From: Allomeiothermus silvanus DSM 9946
GTDB taxonomy: Bacteria; Deinococcota; Deinococci; Deinococcales; Thermaceae
NCBI RefSeq assembly: GCF_000092125.1
Contig: NC_014212.1
Span: 2,542,279 to 2,566,278, forward strand
Length of the DNA: 24,000 bases
Direction: 5' to 3'
Shown in pieces: positions 23,870-24,000 of this stretch. The position numbers and the translations under genes were made by a program. Numbering within the stretch: the stretch's first letter is position 1; every line of letters begins with the position of its first letter. The notes below the pieces were generated by a model. That model searched no databases and had not been told where the DNA came from. It saw only the letters and a list, made by a program, of their open reading frames with translations.

Positions 23870-24000
23870 ATGAACAATTTTTTTCCCCTATTAGCGGGAA
23901 TGCTCCTGCTCGGTAAAGTATGCGCAGCGGGCACGATGGTCAACAACAACCCCACCCAGGACGCGTTCAAGCCCTCGCTAGCCCTCGACCTCCAGGGGCG
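23870..24000 (+). CDS. Start of a secreted/exported hypothetical protein, 3' end beyond the window
   Basis: ATG 23870 gives 'MNNFFPLLAGMLLLGKVCAAGTMVNNNPTQDAFKPSLALDLQG', a signal-peptide-like N-terminus followed by strongly GC3-biased codons in this frame. Absent from the ORF track because it has no stop in the window. The nearest SD-like GAGGT lies about 13 nt upstream, which is far. Confidence 0.45.
   Translation, partial: MNNFFPLLAGMLLLGKVCAAGTMVNNNPTQDAFKPSLALDLQG

Noticed and set aside
23785-23970. 61-aa minus-strand ORF near the window end
   Set aside because: The opposite strand has a better candidate, with a signal-peptide start at 23870 and strong GC3 bias. The minus ORF has no SD and an implausible sequence.
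1-24000. Scan for CRISPR arrays, IS elements, integrases, toxin-antitoxin pairs and defence-system genes
   Set aside because: I saw no spaced direct repeats of 25-40 bp, no transposase, integrase or nuclease-like ORFs, and no abrupt compositional island. Every long ORF is accounted for by housekeeping or transport families.

Overview
GC-rich bacterial chromosomal segment (low 60s % GC by eye, not computed). The protein sequences and gene style look like Deinococcus-Thermus (Meiothermus/Thermus-like); that attribution is inference. I support about 22 densely packed protein-coding genes, several joined by 1-4 bp start/stop overlaps. I recognised no rRNA, tRNA, CRISPR array, transposase, integrase or phage gene, so this reads as core chromosome rather than an island. 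Gene order: two peptide-type ABC permeases (+, first cut by the window edge); a lipoprotein with a PrcB-like C-terminus (+); folC (-); mogA plus a coupled membrane protein (-); a heterodimeric TmrAB-like ABC exporter (-) preceded by a DUF2229-like protein and a 62-aa protein (-); a clan-MH metallopeptidase (-); a NarL-type response regulator (-); then a divergent TetR / SMR pump / frameshifted DUF5360 (YvaD-like) / APH-like kinase module (+); upp, wecA-like and wecB (+); an MFS transporter (-); a TAXI-TRAP transporter with receptor and fused permease (+); a glutaryl-CoA-dehydrogenase-like acyl-CoA dehydrogenase (+); and the start of a secreted protein (+). I found no clear-cut new multi-gene system. 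The best candidates for undescribed biology are: (a) the SMR pump translationally coupled to a frameshifted DUF5360 membrane gene, behind a perfect 26-bp palindromic operator; (b) the small-protein plus DUF2229-like pair in front of the asymmetric ABC exporter; (c) a 179-nt structured spacer with four tandem GCGTTNN heptads between the two permease genes. Smaller observations are G-quadruplex motifs, strong CTCGAG enrichment, recurring AAGATCTT palindromes and a CTAG stop/stop overlap. All calls rest on reading the sequence and recalling family motifs; no searches were run.
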